Source: an uncultured delta proteobacterium (GTDB lineage Bacteria; Desulfobacterota; Desulfobacteria; Desulfobacterales; Desulfosalsimonadaceae). From it: DNA of 64,000 nucleotides. The notes under the pieces are model-generated. The model searched no databases, was not told the DNA's origin, and saw only the letters and a list, made by a program, of their open reading frames with translations. The stretch lies in NCBI GenBank assembly GCA_963826785.1, contig CAWGYD010000001.1, forward strand, positions 448,001 through 512,000, read 5' to 3'. The position numbers and the translations under genes were made by a program. Numbering within the stretch: the first letter of the stretch is position 1; the number at the start of each line of letters is the position of its first letter. Shown here in pieces: positions 40,749 through 49,669 of the stretch.

Positions 40749-41366
40749 TCAATGCAGCGTTTTTCCTGCTTCCGCTTCCAGTTTCACCTCCACATGGGTG
40801 CTGTCCTTGATGCTGTTGAACACCGGGGAATAGTGCTGGGCCATCCGGATCAGCTCTTGCTTTTCGTCTCGTGAAATATCCGCATCGATATCGAAGTAGA
40901 CCCGGATCGCCTCGTATTGCTTTTTCACATCATCGTCAAGGCCCAGGAATCCGCGAAGGTCGATATCCCCTTCATACCGTGACTTGACCCCGTTCAATTG
41001 AATCCCCCTGGCCGCGGCATGGGTGACCAGGGCGGTGGTCAGACATCCGGACAGGGCGATCAGCAGGTATTCCACCGGGTTCGGACCCTGGTTTTCTCCC
41101 AGCAGCACGGGCGGTTCATCCTCGCTGAAGTTCATGGCCGATCGCGTGTCGTCCTCCTGCAGGGCGCCGTAAAAATCCTTGACGGAGGCCCGGTTGTGGG
41201 CACCACTGATCCAGTTATTCATGGCTCGGAACTGAAATCTGGCAATTTCCGGGTCTTGCCGTATCTTGTCAAGGGTGCCGCGCAGCGCATAGGTATCCAG
41301 ACCGTTGATGATGCCGGGCCGGGCGGGTTTGCCTGCCGGACGAGTTGTGTTTTTCTTGGTTTCCAT
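40749..41366 (-). CDS. OsmC family protein
   Basis: DEPPVLLGENQGPNPVEYLLIALSGCL, GDIDLRGFLGL, SPVFNSI. Confidence 0.88.
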   Translation of the reverse strand: METKKNTTRPAGKPARPGIINGLDTYALRGTLDKIRQDPEIARFQFRAMNNWISGAHNRASVKDFYGALQEDDTRSAMNFSEDEPPVLLGENQGPNPVEYLLIALSGCLTTALVTHAAARGIQLNGVKSRYEGDIDLRGFLGLDDDVKKQYEAIRVYFDIDADISRDEKQELIRMAQHYSPVFNSIKDSTHVEVKLEAEAGKTLH

Positions 41367-41634
41367 TTCTATCTCCTCCCTGCATATGTCGAAAGTTGAA
41401 AAATGTATCGGTCCGGTGTGGTTCCATCTTGAGATGAAATCTGTGCACCGCGGTGCCGGTCATCAATGGGGTGAATTCTGTAGGAGCGGACTGCAGGTCA
41501 TGTACGCATGCGTACCGTCGGGATTTTGAAAGTGCTTATCGCCGATTTCATGGGTGCAACGGAGGCAAAAATCTGCGATTCCTTCGACGATATCATCGAA
41601 GCCCGCGGGCCGGGTCATCGTGTTTTTTTGAATT

Positions 41635-42570
41635 TCAGTGCTTTTCGGACTTGTCTTCGGGATTTTCGAACTCAGGGTTGAAATAATCGGGATAAAGTTT
41701 TCGGGCGCAATCCGGGCAGATGCCGTGGCTGAATTTTGCCTTTGAATGATGGGTAATGTAGGATTCGATCTGGTTCCAGTATCCCGAATCGTCCCGGATT
41801 TTTTTGCAGGAGGCACAGATGGGGAGCAGACCGCTCAGGGTTTTGACTTCGGCCAGGGCGTGTTTGAGTTCTTCGATGAGTTTCTGCTGGGCGTCCTGGG
41901 CTTTTATCCGCTGTTCGACTTCGGACTGGATTTTCTGATGAGCCTTGCGAACCTCGCGGTTCTGGTGGCGGAGGCGCTGCCGGAGGGTGGAGATAAATCC
42001 GCCGAAAAGGGCAAACCAGGTCAGCAGGATACCAAACATCACAAATACGAAGATTTCATATTCCGGATCGAATCCGGGGCGCTCCCGCAGGTATTCGATG
42101 GATAGCAGCCCTCCATAAAGTGCCATCACGCAACACACGGCATTCATGTACTGTCGGCGGGAAAGGCGCAACATGCCGAAACAGAAAGCGGGCACGTAAA
42201 ACATCAGAACGACGGGGCGGATGCCCGGCAGGGCGTGCAGAAGAATAATGCCCCACATGCCTGAAAACAGGATCTGGATCCAGGTCAGGGAAGGATCGGC
42301 AAACCGCAGGCTGATGCCTGAATAGAGCAGGAAAAAAAACAGCAGGTTGTTGAAAATGCCCACACCGATCACCATCACCCACAGCATCGGGGAAATCTGG
42401 CCCAGGCCGAGCTGTGTGGTTAAAAATGCGGTCAGCGTCACCATGACATACGTTAAAAAAGCGATGCCGAAACGCTGCAGTCGCAGGTGCCTGGCATGCT
42501 GCATATCGGCGGCATCCGGCTCGATCTGACCGTGATGATGGTGTTTAATGATGGTTTTTTCTGCGATCAT
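41635..42570 (-). CDS. Multi-TM sensor-like protein with coiled coil and C-terminal CxxC...H..CxxC module
   Basis: RLQRFGIAFLTY...RFADPSLT TM domain; VKTLSGLLPICASCKKIRDDSGYW...FSHGICPDC. Confidence 0.75.
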   Translation of the reverse strand: MIAEKTIIKHHHHGQIEPDAADMQHARHLRLQRFGIAFLTYVMVTLTAFLTTQLGLGQISPMLWVMVIGVGIFNNLLFFFLLYSGISLRFADPSLTWIQILFSGMWGIILLHALPGIRPVVLMFYVPAFCFGMLRLSRRQYMNAVCCVMALYGGLLSIEYLRERPGFDPEYEIFVFVMFGILLTWFALFGGFISTLRQRLRHQNREVRKAHQKIQSEVEQRIKAQDAQQKLIEELKHALAEVKTLSGLLPICASCKKIRDDSGYWNQIESYITHHSKAKFSHGICPDCARKLYPDYFNPEFENPEDKSEKH

Positions 42571-42724
42571 GATTCCTTTATGGATCTGAAACAGCCCGGC
42601 ATCCGGACCTCCGGACATTGCAAGTATTCGTAGTTTAAAAGAAAAATCTTGGAAAAAACGTAGCATGAGATATGCTCCGATGCAATTCATTTTCATGCTT
42701 TTTAATGATTGTGAAACTCAAATT

Positions 42725-42800
42725 GTCATTGGGCAGTCTTCAAGCCGGAATCCAGTTTTTCCAATCGGTTCTGGACCCCGGCCTGCACCGGGGAGACGAA
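42725..42800. repeat. REP family B doublet
   Basis: gtcattgggcagtcttcaagccggaatccag...ctggaccccggcctgcaccggggagacg. Confidence 0.6.
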
Positions 42801-42958
42801 CCTTGGTATTTAATGGCCTATCAGGTTCGTCATCCTTAAATTGACATTTTTTCCGATTTTTGATAGCCATGAAGCTGACCATTAGTTTTCACACCAGCCA
42901 GACCCGGCGCGGCTTCCGGGATTTCAACCCTTCTTGAGAAATTCGGACGAACGGTTTC

Positions 42959-45007
42959 ATGGGTTCTAAAAAGAAGCGCTCCCAAATCGAACTCCTGCAG
43001 GAGCAGATTGTCCATGTTTTCAAGGAAGCCGGACTCTACACCTGGCACAGCCTGAACGTGACCCGCGCCTTTCTGCCGCTGGCCCGGGTGCTGGCCGTCC
43101 GGGAAAACGCCACGGTGGAAGAGGTTTCCGCCATTATCGATTCGATCTTTGCGGCCCTCTATGAGCACCCCGTCACCCGACAGGGGCATACGCTCACCGA
43201 TTTTCTGCGCAAAAAGAACATCCTTCCCAACGAGCAGTCCACGGAAAAGCTGATCCGCTACGTAGTGGACCAGATCCTGCTCCGGAGCCCCGTAAAGGTC
43301 CCGGAGATGGTGGTCAACGAGTTCTGGTCCTTCTTCGACGAGCTGTTCAGCGAACCCGAACTCAAAGGGCTGGTGGAGCTCAACCTGGACATCGTCCGGA
43401 TCATCCTGCGCTGCTATGAACCCCTGCTCACCGACATCATCAACATCATCAAGGAAACCCGGCGGCTCAACAAATCCATTTTAAACGATCTGGGGGGGCG
43501 GCTCGGCCTGGTCCGGGGCGACCTGGCCATCATCCGCCGCCAGATCCGCGCCCTTCGCTACATCAAGCCGTTTTTCGCCACAGACCCCAAGGACTTTGCC
43601 ACCCAGGCGCGGATCGTGGCGGCCATGGTCAGCGAATTCGGACCGTTTTTCATCAAGATGGCCCAGGTGGCCGCGGCCGGTTCCGATTTTCTGCCAGACG
43701 AAATCGCCCGGGAGCTCAAGGTGTTCCAGGAGGATGTGCCGCCCATGAGCGCCGCTGAAGTCTACTCGGCCTTCGAGGAATGCTTCGGGAAAAAGCCCCA
43801 TGAGTGCTATTTCGACTTCGATGTGGACCGGCCCCTGAAGTCCGGGTCCATCGGATCGGTGTACCTGGCCAAGAAGCCGATGGTCAAGAACGGGGAGGAA
43901 GTCCTTTTGCCGGTGATCATCAAGATCAGCAGAAACGGGCTGGACCGGGAATTCACCCTGGGCCGGACGGTGCTGGGCGTGGCCATCATCAGCAGCCATT
44001 ACTGGGCGCCCCATTCCAAGCTGGCCCCGTTTCTGGAAGCCCTGCAGCAGCAGGCGGAAGAATTCGTCAAGGGATTCCAGCGGGAGATCGATTTTGCCCA
44101 GGAGGCCGAAAACCAGCGGCGGTTTTTCGAAAGAAGCCGGGATTCGCTCATCTGGCATGTCCCGGAAGTATTCCGGGCGTCAAAACGCATCATCGAAATG
44201 GAGTATATCGAAAACGCCACCAGCATCGCCCGTATCCTGGACTATGTCCCGGAAAAGAGCCGGGCGAAAAACGCCCGCCACATCGCCTCTCGCTTTTTGT
44301 ACACCATCTGCCTGCACGCCCTGGTGTACCAGGAGTTTCACGGCGACCTGCACCCGGGAAACGTCCTGTTCGATACCTGCGGCGACATGTATTTTGCCGA
44401 CTGGGGCAACTGCGTCGACCTGAAGGAAAAATGGAAACCCCTGTGGGATTATATCCACGGCGCACTGTCCGCGGATGTGGATCTGCTGACCACCGCCCTG
44501 ATCAACATCAGTTCCAATCCCGAGCAGAACATAAAACGCGAAGCCGAAATCCGCGCCACTCTGGCCCAGACGCTGCGTAAGAAGAACGTGAAGCCGCTGT
44601 CCCGCTGCATTCTGATTCAGCTCAGCCGGGAGGGGATGCCCGGCCTGCGCCGAAGGCTTCAGGTGGTGGCCCATCTCCTGTCCAACACCCAGCACCTGGG
44701 ACTGGTGGTCAAGAGCGAGTACCTGCATTTGTCGCGCTCCATCGCCGCCTTCGTGGGCACCTACCTGCAGCTGTACAAGGATGTCCCGAAAATGTACATC
44801 GTGTTCGACTCCGCGCGCACCCTGACCCAGTTCCCCGTCTCCCTGGTGCTCGACCGGTTCGCGGACAAGCGCTCCACCCGCTACATGCAGCTGCTGCACA
44901 AACTCCCGCTCCTGGCCGGGTTCAAAAAGCCCGCCCCCCTGTCCCTCACCGGCCCCATGCACATGTTCCCCCGCCGGATCGAATACGCAGAAATGATATC
45001 CGCCTGA
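42959..45007 (+). CDS. ABC1/AarF/UbiB family atypical kinase
   Basis: FGPFFIKMAQ, FQEDVPP, SGSIGSVY, EIDFAQEA, FHGDLHPGN, ADWG. Confidence 0.85.
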   Translation: MGSKKKRSQIELLQEQIVHVFKEAGLYTWHSLNVTRAFLPLARVLAVRENATVEEVSAIIDSIFAALYEHPVTRQGHTLTDFLRKKNILPNEQSTEKLIRYVVDQILLRSPVKVPEMVVNEFWSFFDELFSEPELKGLVELNLDIVRIILRCYEPLLTDIINIIKETRRLNKSILNDLGGRLGLVRGDLAIIRRQIRALRYIKPFFATDPKDFATQARIVAAMVSEFGPFFIKMAQVAAAGSDFLPDEIARELKVFQEDVPPMSAAEVYSAFEECFGKKPHECYFDFDVDRPLKSGSIGSVYLAKKPMVKNGEEVLLPVIIKISRNGLDREFTLGRTVLGVAIISSHYWAPHSKLAPFLEALQQQAEEFVKGFQREIDFAQEAENQRRFFERSRDSLIWHVPEVFRASKRIIEMEYIENATSIARILDYVPEKSRAKNARHIASRFLYTICLHALVYQEFHGDLHPGNVLFDTCGDMYFADWGNCVDLKEKWKPLWDYIHGALSADVDLLTTALINISSNPEQNIKREAEIRATLAQTLRKKNVKPLSRCILIQLSREGMPGLRRRLQVVAHLLSNTQHLGLVVKSEYLHLSRSIAAFVGTYLQLYKDVPKMYIVFDSARTLTQFPVSLVLDRFADKRSTRYMQLLHKLPLLAGFKKPAPLSLTGPMHMFPRRIEYAEMISA

Positions 45008-45044
45008 ACCCACACGATTCCCCCCGCAAGGGCCCTGTAAGGGA

Positions 45045-45290
45045 GCACCCCCAAAACTACCCCTGAGGTAAGCACCCTAACAATTCGTCCGCCTGAGGTG
45101 GGCACCCTTACAATTCCCCCCCGAAAGGAGAGCACCCCTGCAATTCCCCCCGTGAGAGGTGCACCCCCACTTGGACCCCAGTGAGAGGAGCACCCCCACA
45201 ACGACCCCGGTGAGAGGCACACCCCCACTATCCCCCTTGAAGAACCCCCCCTTCACAATTCCCCCCTTGAGGGGGGCGCAGGGGGGTGTC
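45045..45290. repeat. Degenerate tandem array of ~29-30-bp units ending in a full family A REP
   Basis: GCACCC anchors at 45045, 45072, 45102, 45132, 45161, 45190; consensus ~GCACCCYYACAATTCCCCCCNTGAGRGG; no unique spacers. Confidence 0.75.
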
Positions 45291-45359
45291 CCCCCCGGAT
45301 CACAATCCACGCTCATACGTCCGATTTCAAAATACATCCAATCAACACCAGGAGGCTCT

Positions 45360-45480
45360 ATGCTTTTCGAAAGGTATTGCTTCACCTGCCGGCTGGAAAA
45401 CCGATGCTGAACTCCCGTACGACAAAGGATCGACTTTCCGAGGCGTGTTCGGCCGCGCCCTTGAGACGTCGTCAATCTGT
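45360..45480 (+). pseudogene. cas6: 5' remnant of a cas6-like (RAMP pre-crRNA endoribonuclease) gene
   Basis: AGGAGG RBS; removing one A at ~45398 gives MLFERYCFTCRLETDAELPYDKGSTFRGVFGRAL, resembling the Cas6 N-terminal LP.Y.GS..RG.FG.AL motif; the frame then degenerates. Confidence 0.55.
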
Positions 45481-45551
45481 CGTGTCTATTTTGCCGGTAT
45501 GCCATTGTGCCGGAAAAGACCTGAATTGCGAAAGGATTGAGAAAAAGGGAG

Positions 45552-45588
45552 AAAAAAAAGGGGCGCACCCGATATGCGGGTGTGCCCC
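45552..45588 (-). terminator. Rho-independent terminator of the acyl-CoA ligase
   Basis: ggggcgcacccg-atatg-cgggtgtgcccc stem preceded by an A-tract (U-tract on the minus strand). Confidence 0.75.
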
Positions 45589-45644
45589 GTGTTCCTGGCA
45601 GAGCGGAAATGGCTGGCGGAGACGGTCTGTTTTTAGGTTTTTGC

Positions 45645-47300
45645 TTACGCCTCGAACAGGTCTTGGAAATTTTTGCGCATGGTGCGTTTGAGGATCTTGC
45701 CCGTGGGGGTTTTGGGCAGGGCATCCACGAAGACCACGGACTTGGGGACCTTGTAGCCGGCCAGCTCCTTTTTGCACAGTGAGATGATTTCTTCTTCGCT
45801 GATGGTCTGGCCTTTGCGCGCAACGATGACGGCGGCAACGGCCTCGACCCACTTGGGGTGGGGCACGCCCACCACCGCGACTTCTTCCACGCGCTTGTCC
45901 AGGTAAATGGCCTCCTCCACTTCCCGGGTGGAGACGTTCTCGCCGCCGGTCTTGATCATGTCTTTTTTGCGGTCCACCACGCTGATGTAGCGGTCTTGGT
46001 CCATCACGCCGATATCGCCGGAATGAAACCAGCCGCCCTGCATGGCCGCGTCCGTCTTTTCCGGGTCCTTGAAATACATGATCATGGCATGGGGCCCTTT
46101 GCCGCAGATTTCGCCGGGCAGGCCGGGTTCCTCCACGGGATTGAATTCTTCATCCTCCAGCCGGGTTTCCATGTTCAGGCCGGCCATGCCGGCGGACCCC
46201 AGCTTGGTCATGGCGTCTTGTGCTTTTAAAATGGTGTGGTAGGGCGCAAGTTCCGTCTGGCCGTAGTAATTATAGACCTTGCATCCGGGCAGCCGCTCCA
46301 TGAGTTCTTTCAACACTTCCACCGGCATGATGGAGGCGCCGTAATAGCACTTGGTCAGGCAGGAGAGATCGTATTTGGCAAAATCGGGATGGCGCAGGAT
46401 GCCGATCCACACGGTGGGCGGTGCAAAGAACATGTTGGCGCGATAGCGGTCGATGGTGGAAAGGATCTTTCCGATGTCCGGGGCCATCAGGATGTTGGTG
46501 CCGCCGGTCAGGAAAATGGGGTTGAGAAAGACGTCGCGCTGGGCGCAATGATAGATGGGCAGGGCGTTGACGTTGATGTCGGCGGATTCATAGCCGCCGT
46601 CGATGATGGCCCCCATGTACTGCGCCAGCAGGGCCTGGTTTGAGATGATGACCCCCTTGGGCAGCGATTCCGTGCCGCTGGTATACGTCATCTGGCAGGG
46701 GTCTTCGATGTGCAGGAGCACGTCGGGCGCTTCGGCGGTGGCGGCGGCGACCCACGGATCGAAATCCAGGAACCGGCCGTCCACCGGCGGCTGCCCGGCG
46801 CCCTGGTTGGACCACACCAGCGTCTCGACGGTGGGCATCTGGTCCAGCACGTCTTCCACCAGCCCGTAAAGAGCGTCTTCCACGACGAAGAGCCGGCTTT
46901 CCGAGTGGTTGATGCAGTAGGTGATGTCCTTGCCCCGCAGCAGGTAGTTGATGGCCAGGTAAACCGCGCCGATCTTGCAGCAGCCCAGCCAGGTGAGCAC
47001 ATGGTGCACGGTGTTGTGGGCCAGGATGGCCACGCGGTCATATTTTGTAATGCCCTGCCCGGCAAGGGCGTTTGCCGTCCGGTTGGCGGCCTCCTCCAGC
47101 TGGCGGTAGGTCAGCGTCTGTTCACCGAAGATCAGCGCCGGCTTGTCGGGGTAGTGGTAGGCGGTCCGGCGCACCATGTCCGCAATCACCCAGCGGTTGA
47201 CGTGGTTGTAGCGGTTCATCAAAAATTCGAGATTTTCCTTGTTCAGGACATTGAAACGTTCTTTTTCTTCTACGGTCATGGGCTGGGTGGACGACGGCAT
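45645..47300 (-). CDS. AMP-forming (long-chain) acyl-CoA synthetase
   Basis: YTSGTESLPKG, YYGQTE, FHSGDIG, DRKKDMIKTGGENV, LPKTPTGKILK. Confidence 0.92.
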   Translation of the reverse strand: MPSSTQPMTVEEKERFNVLNKENLEFLMNRYNHVNRWVIADMVRRTAYHYPDKPALIFGEQTLTYRQLEEAANRTANALAGQGITKYDRVAILAHNTVHHVLTWLGCCKIGAVYLAINYLLRGKDITYCINHSESRLFVVEDALYGLVEDVLDQMPTVETLVWSNQGAGQPPVDGRFLDFDPWVAAATAEAPDVLLHIEDPCQMTYTSGTESLPKGVIISNQALLAQYMGAIIDGGYESADINVNALPIYHCAQRDVFLNPIFLTGGTNILMAPDIGKILSTIDRYRANMFFAPPTVWIGILRHPDFAKYDLSCLTKCYYGASIMPVEVLKELMERLPGCKVYNYYGQTELAPYHTILKAQDAMTKLGSAGMAGLNMETRLEDEEFNPVEEPGLPGEICGKGPHAMIMYFKDPEKTDAAMQGGWFHSGDIGVMDQDRYISVVDRKKDMIKTGGENVSTREVEEAIYLDKRVEEVAVVGVPHPKWVEAVAAVIVARKGQTISEEEIISLCKKELAGYKVPKSVVFVDALPKTPTGKILKRTMRKNFQDLFEA

Positions 47301-47648
47301 GGATGATTCCTCCTCTGGTTGGGGTGTGGGATCTCGGGTTTGCCTGGGATTCTTTTGTTGAGGATAGCCTGTAATTCATCGAAAATCAAATCTTTGATGG
47401 CATGACTGTGCCCCCCATCTGATGCGTTGCGCCCATATTGAAATGATGTTGCTGTCGGGCCAAAATACGGATTTTCCCTTATTTCCGCCCGGCCCGGATT
47501 CAAGATAAAGTGTGAGAGTTTCAGCGCCACTGAGCAAATCCATCCCCCCCGCGCTCCCTTTGGGAAGGGGCTGAGAATGTGGCGTCAAGGCGCGCTGATG
47601 GAGATATATGGATGCGCACGTTCATTTTTATTTGTTGAGGGTCATCCG

Positions 47649-48122
47649 ATGAATGCATCGCGGAAAAATATCCCCCTGGAGCGGCTCAATCGGGTGGCCT
47701 GGCTGCTGGACAATTCAATCCGGGTTCCCGGCATCGACTACCGGATCGGGATCGATCCGCTGATCGGATTCGTGCCCGGCATCGGGGATGCCGTGGGCGC
47801 GCTGCTGTCCCTGTATATCATTGCCGAAGCCGCCAGGGCGCATCTGCCGCTGACGCTCATCTCAAGGATGGTGTTCAATGTGGCCGTGGAAACCATCGTC
47901 GGCGTCATTCCCCTGGCGGGGGACCTGTTTGACCTGACATGGAAGGCGAACATGAAAAATGCCCGCATCGTCCGGGATTATGCCGCCTCCCCCAGCGCGG
48001 CCCTCGCCAGGAATCGCCGGATGGTCTGGTCCGTTCTTGCGGTCCTGGCTTTTTTCATGATCGCCGCACTCTATTTTGGGTTTTTAGTGCTGCGGTGGCT
48101 CTGGACGGCGCTGTCGGCCTGA
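47649..48122 (+). CDS. DUF4112 family membrane protein
   Basis: LLDNSIRVPG...IGIDPLIGFVPGIGD...IPLAGDLFD..WKAN. Confidence 0.85.
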   Translation: MNASRKNIPLERLNRVAWLLDNSIRVPGIDYRIGIDPLIGFVPGIGDAVGALLSLYIIAEAARAHLPLTLISRMVFNVAVETIVGVIPLAGDLFDLTWKANMKNARIVRDYAASPSAALARNRRMVWSVLAVLAFFMIAALYFGFLVLRWLWTALSA

Positions 48123-48265
48123 GTGTGAATCGTTTCAACCTCAGGTCAAAACAGCTGTTTCGATCATTTCGTGTTGCGGGAGACGCTTTTTCCAGTTTTT
48201 TGCATTATTTTTCTCGCCGGTTTCCTGTTCCTGGTCGGAATGCTTTCAAAAATTTGAGGTCGGTG

Positions 48266-49102
48266 ATGAGTTTTTTAAATGCAGAACATTATCTGGGCCT
48301 GGTTGCTTTGGGGATTGCGGTGGGGAGTTACGGGACGCTCATCGGCGCAGGCGGGGGCTTTGTGTTGATGCCGGTGCTGCTGCTGCTCTACCCGGACCAG
48401 AGCGCCGATCTGCTGACGAGTATCTCCCTTGCGGTGGTATTTTTTAACGCGATGTCGGGGTCGGAAGCCTATGCATTGCTGAAACGCATTGACTATCGGT
48501 CGGGATTGATGTTTTCCATGGCGACCATACCGGGGGCCGTGCTGGGGGCCTTGAACACCTCGTTTGTGCCCCGCCGTCTGTTCGATTTCATTTTTGCCAT
48601 ATCGCTGCTGGCGGCCGCAGCCTTTTTGGGGTGGCAGCCCCGCAGGGACAAAACCGGCCGGAAACCCGTCCGGACAAACCGTCTCCGGGCAATGCGCCGG
48701 CTGATCGATGTTCATGGCATAACATATGAGTATAACTACAATTGGGGGATCGGAATGGCGATAAGCGCCATTGTCGGTTATGTTTCAAGTTTTTTGGGGA
48801 TTGGCGGCGGCATCATTCATGTCCCGGCGCTCTCATATCTCTTGAATTTTCCCATACACATCGCCACCGCCACGTCCCACTTCATTCTGGCCATCATGGC
48901 ACTGACAGGCACCATCGTTCACATTTTGACCGGGACCTTCGCCCATGGCGTTCATCGAACCATCGCCCTGGCCATTGGCGTGATGATAGGCGCCCAGATA
49001 GGAGCGCGCCTGTCCGAGAAAGTCCGGGGGGGCTGGATCATTCGAATTCTGGCGATGGCCCTGGGGATTGTGGGCCTGCGAATCCTGATGATGGCCTGGT
49101 AG
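48266..49102 (+). CDS. TauE/SafE family exporter
   Basis: GTLIGAGGGFVLMP and FLGIGGGIIHVP...ATATSHF repeats. Confidence 0.88.
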   Translation: MSFLNAEHYLGLVALGIAVGSYGTLIGAGGGFVLMPVLLLLYPDQSADLLTSISLAVVFFNAMSGSEAYALLKRIDYRSGLMFSMATIPGAVLGALNTSFVPRRLFDFIFAISLLAAAAFLGWQPRRDKTGRKPVRTNRLRAMRRLIDVHGITYEYNYNWGIGMAISAIVGYVSSFLGIGGGIIHVPALSYLLNFPIHIATATSHFILAIMALTGTIVHILTGTFAHGVHRTIALAIGVMIGAQIGARLSEKVRGGWIIRILAMALGIVGLRILMMAW

Positions 49103-49182
49103 CAGACGGTCGCACCCTCAGCGCATCGGCTCGAAAGGCGGCAAAGCGGCCTTGGCCTTTCAAAACCGGTGGGGAAATTTTC

Positions 49183-49566
49183 ATGAAAATGAAAAACAGC
49201 CATGACAATGAGAATCTTATCGTGGATGCGATTCTGGCCTTTCTGCAGGAAAAAAGAACAGCACTTTCGATGGTACGGATCGGCATCACTACGATTGTCG
49301 CACAAATCGCCGTTTTCGGTTTTCTGATCGCCACCTCAAGGTACTATCGATGGGTGGAGGTTCTGCACCTGGTGATCCCTTTTGCACTGCTCAATATCAT
49401 CGTTCTCGGGTTTGCCGGCTACTTTATTATTCGACCGGTTATCCTGATCCATCAACTGGATCGCCAGATTCTGAGGCACAAAAAACGCCTCAGCGGATTT
49501 GCCGGCCTTAAAGCGGATCCTCGAGACGCGGCACGGGAAGGCAAGGAGAAGGGTGCGTCCCCTTAA
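49183..49566 (+). CDS. Small membrane protein (DUF202-like)
   Basis: LQEKRTALSMVRIG followed by two TMs. Confidence 0.6.
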   Translation: MKMKNSHDNENLIVDAILAFLQEKRTALSMVRIGITTIVAQIAVFGFLIATSRYYRWVEVLHLVIPFALLNIIVLGFAGYFIIRPVILIHQLDRQILRHKKRLSGFAGLKADPRDAAREGKEKGASP

Positions 49567-49669
49567 GCGGCCAGTCGGATTTTGGTGCGGACGGGTAGCA
49601 GGGTTTAAAAAATGGTCCTATAGTTTGGGAGTCAACAATCATCGACTGACTTGATCTTCATTAGATAAT

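Noticed and set aside
41440..41460. sigma54 promoter for osmC (and similar candidates at ~25040 and ~47400)
   Set aside because: GG-to-GC spacing is off by one base, which sigma54 does not tolerate
45045..45290. Functional CRISPR array
   Set aside because: Units are contiguous and diverged with no unique spacers of constant length; reported only as a repeat
47939..48265. Long N-terminal extension of the second TauE
   Set aside because: Overlaps the DUF4112 gene and lacks family features; an RBS-supported start is at 48266
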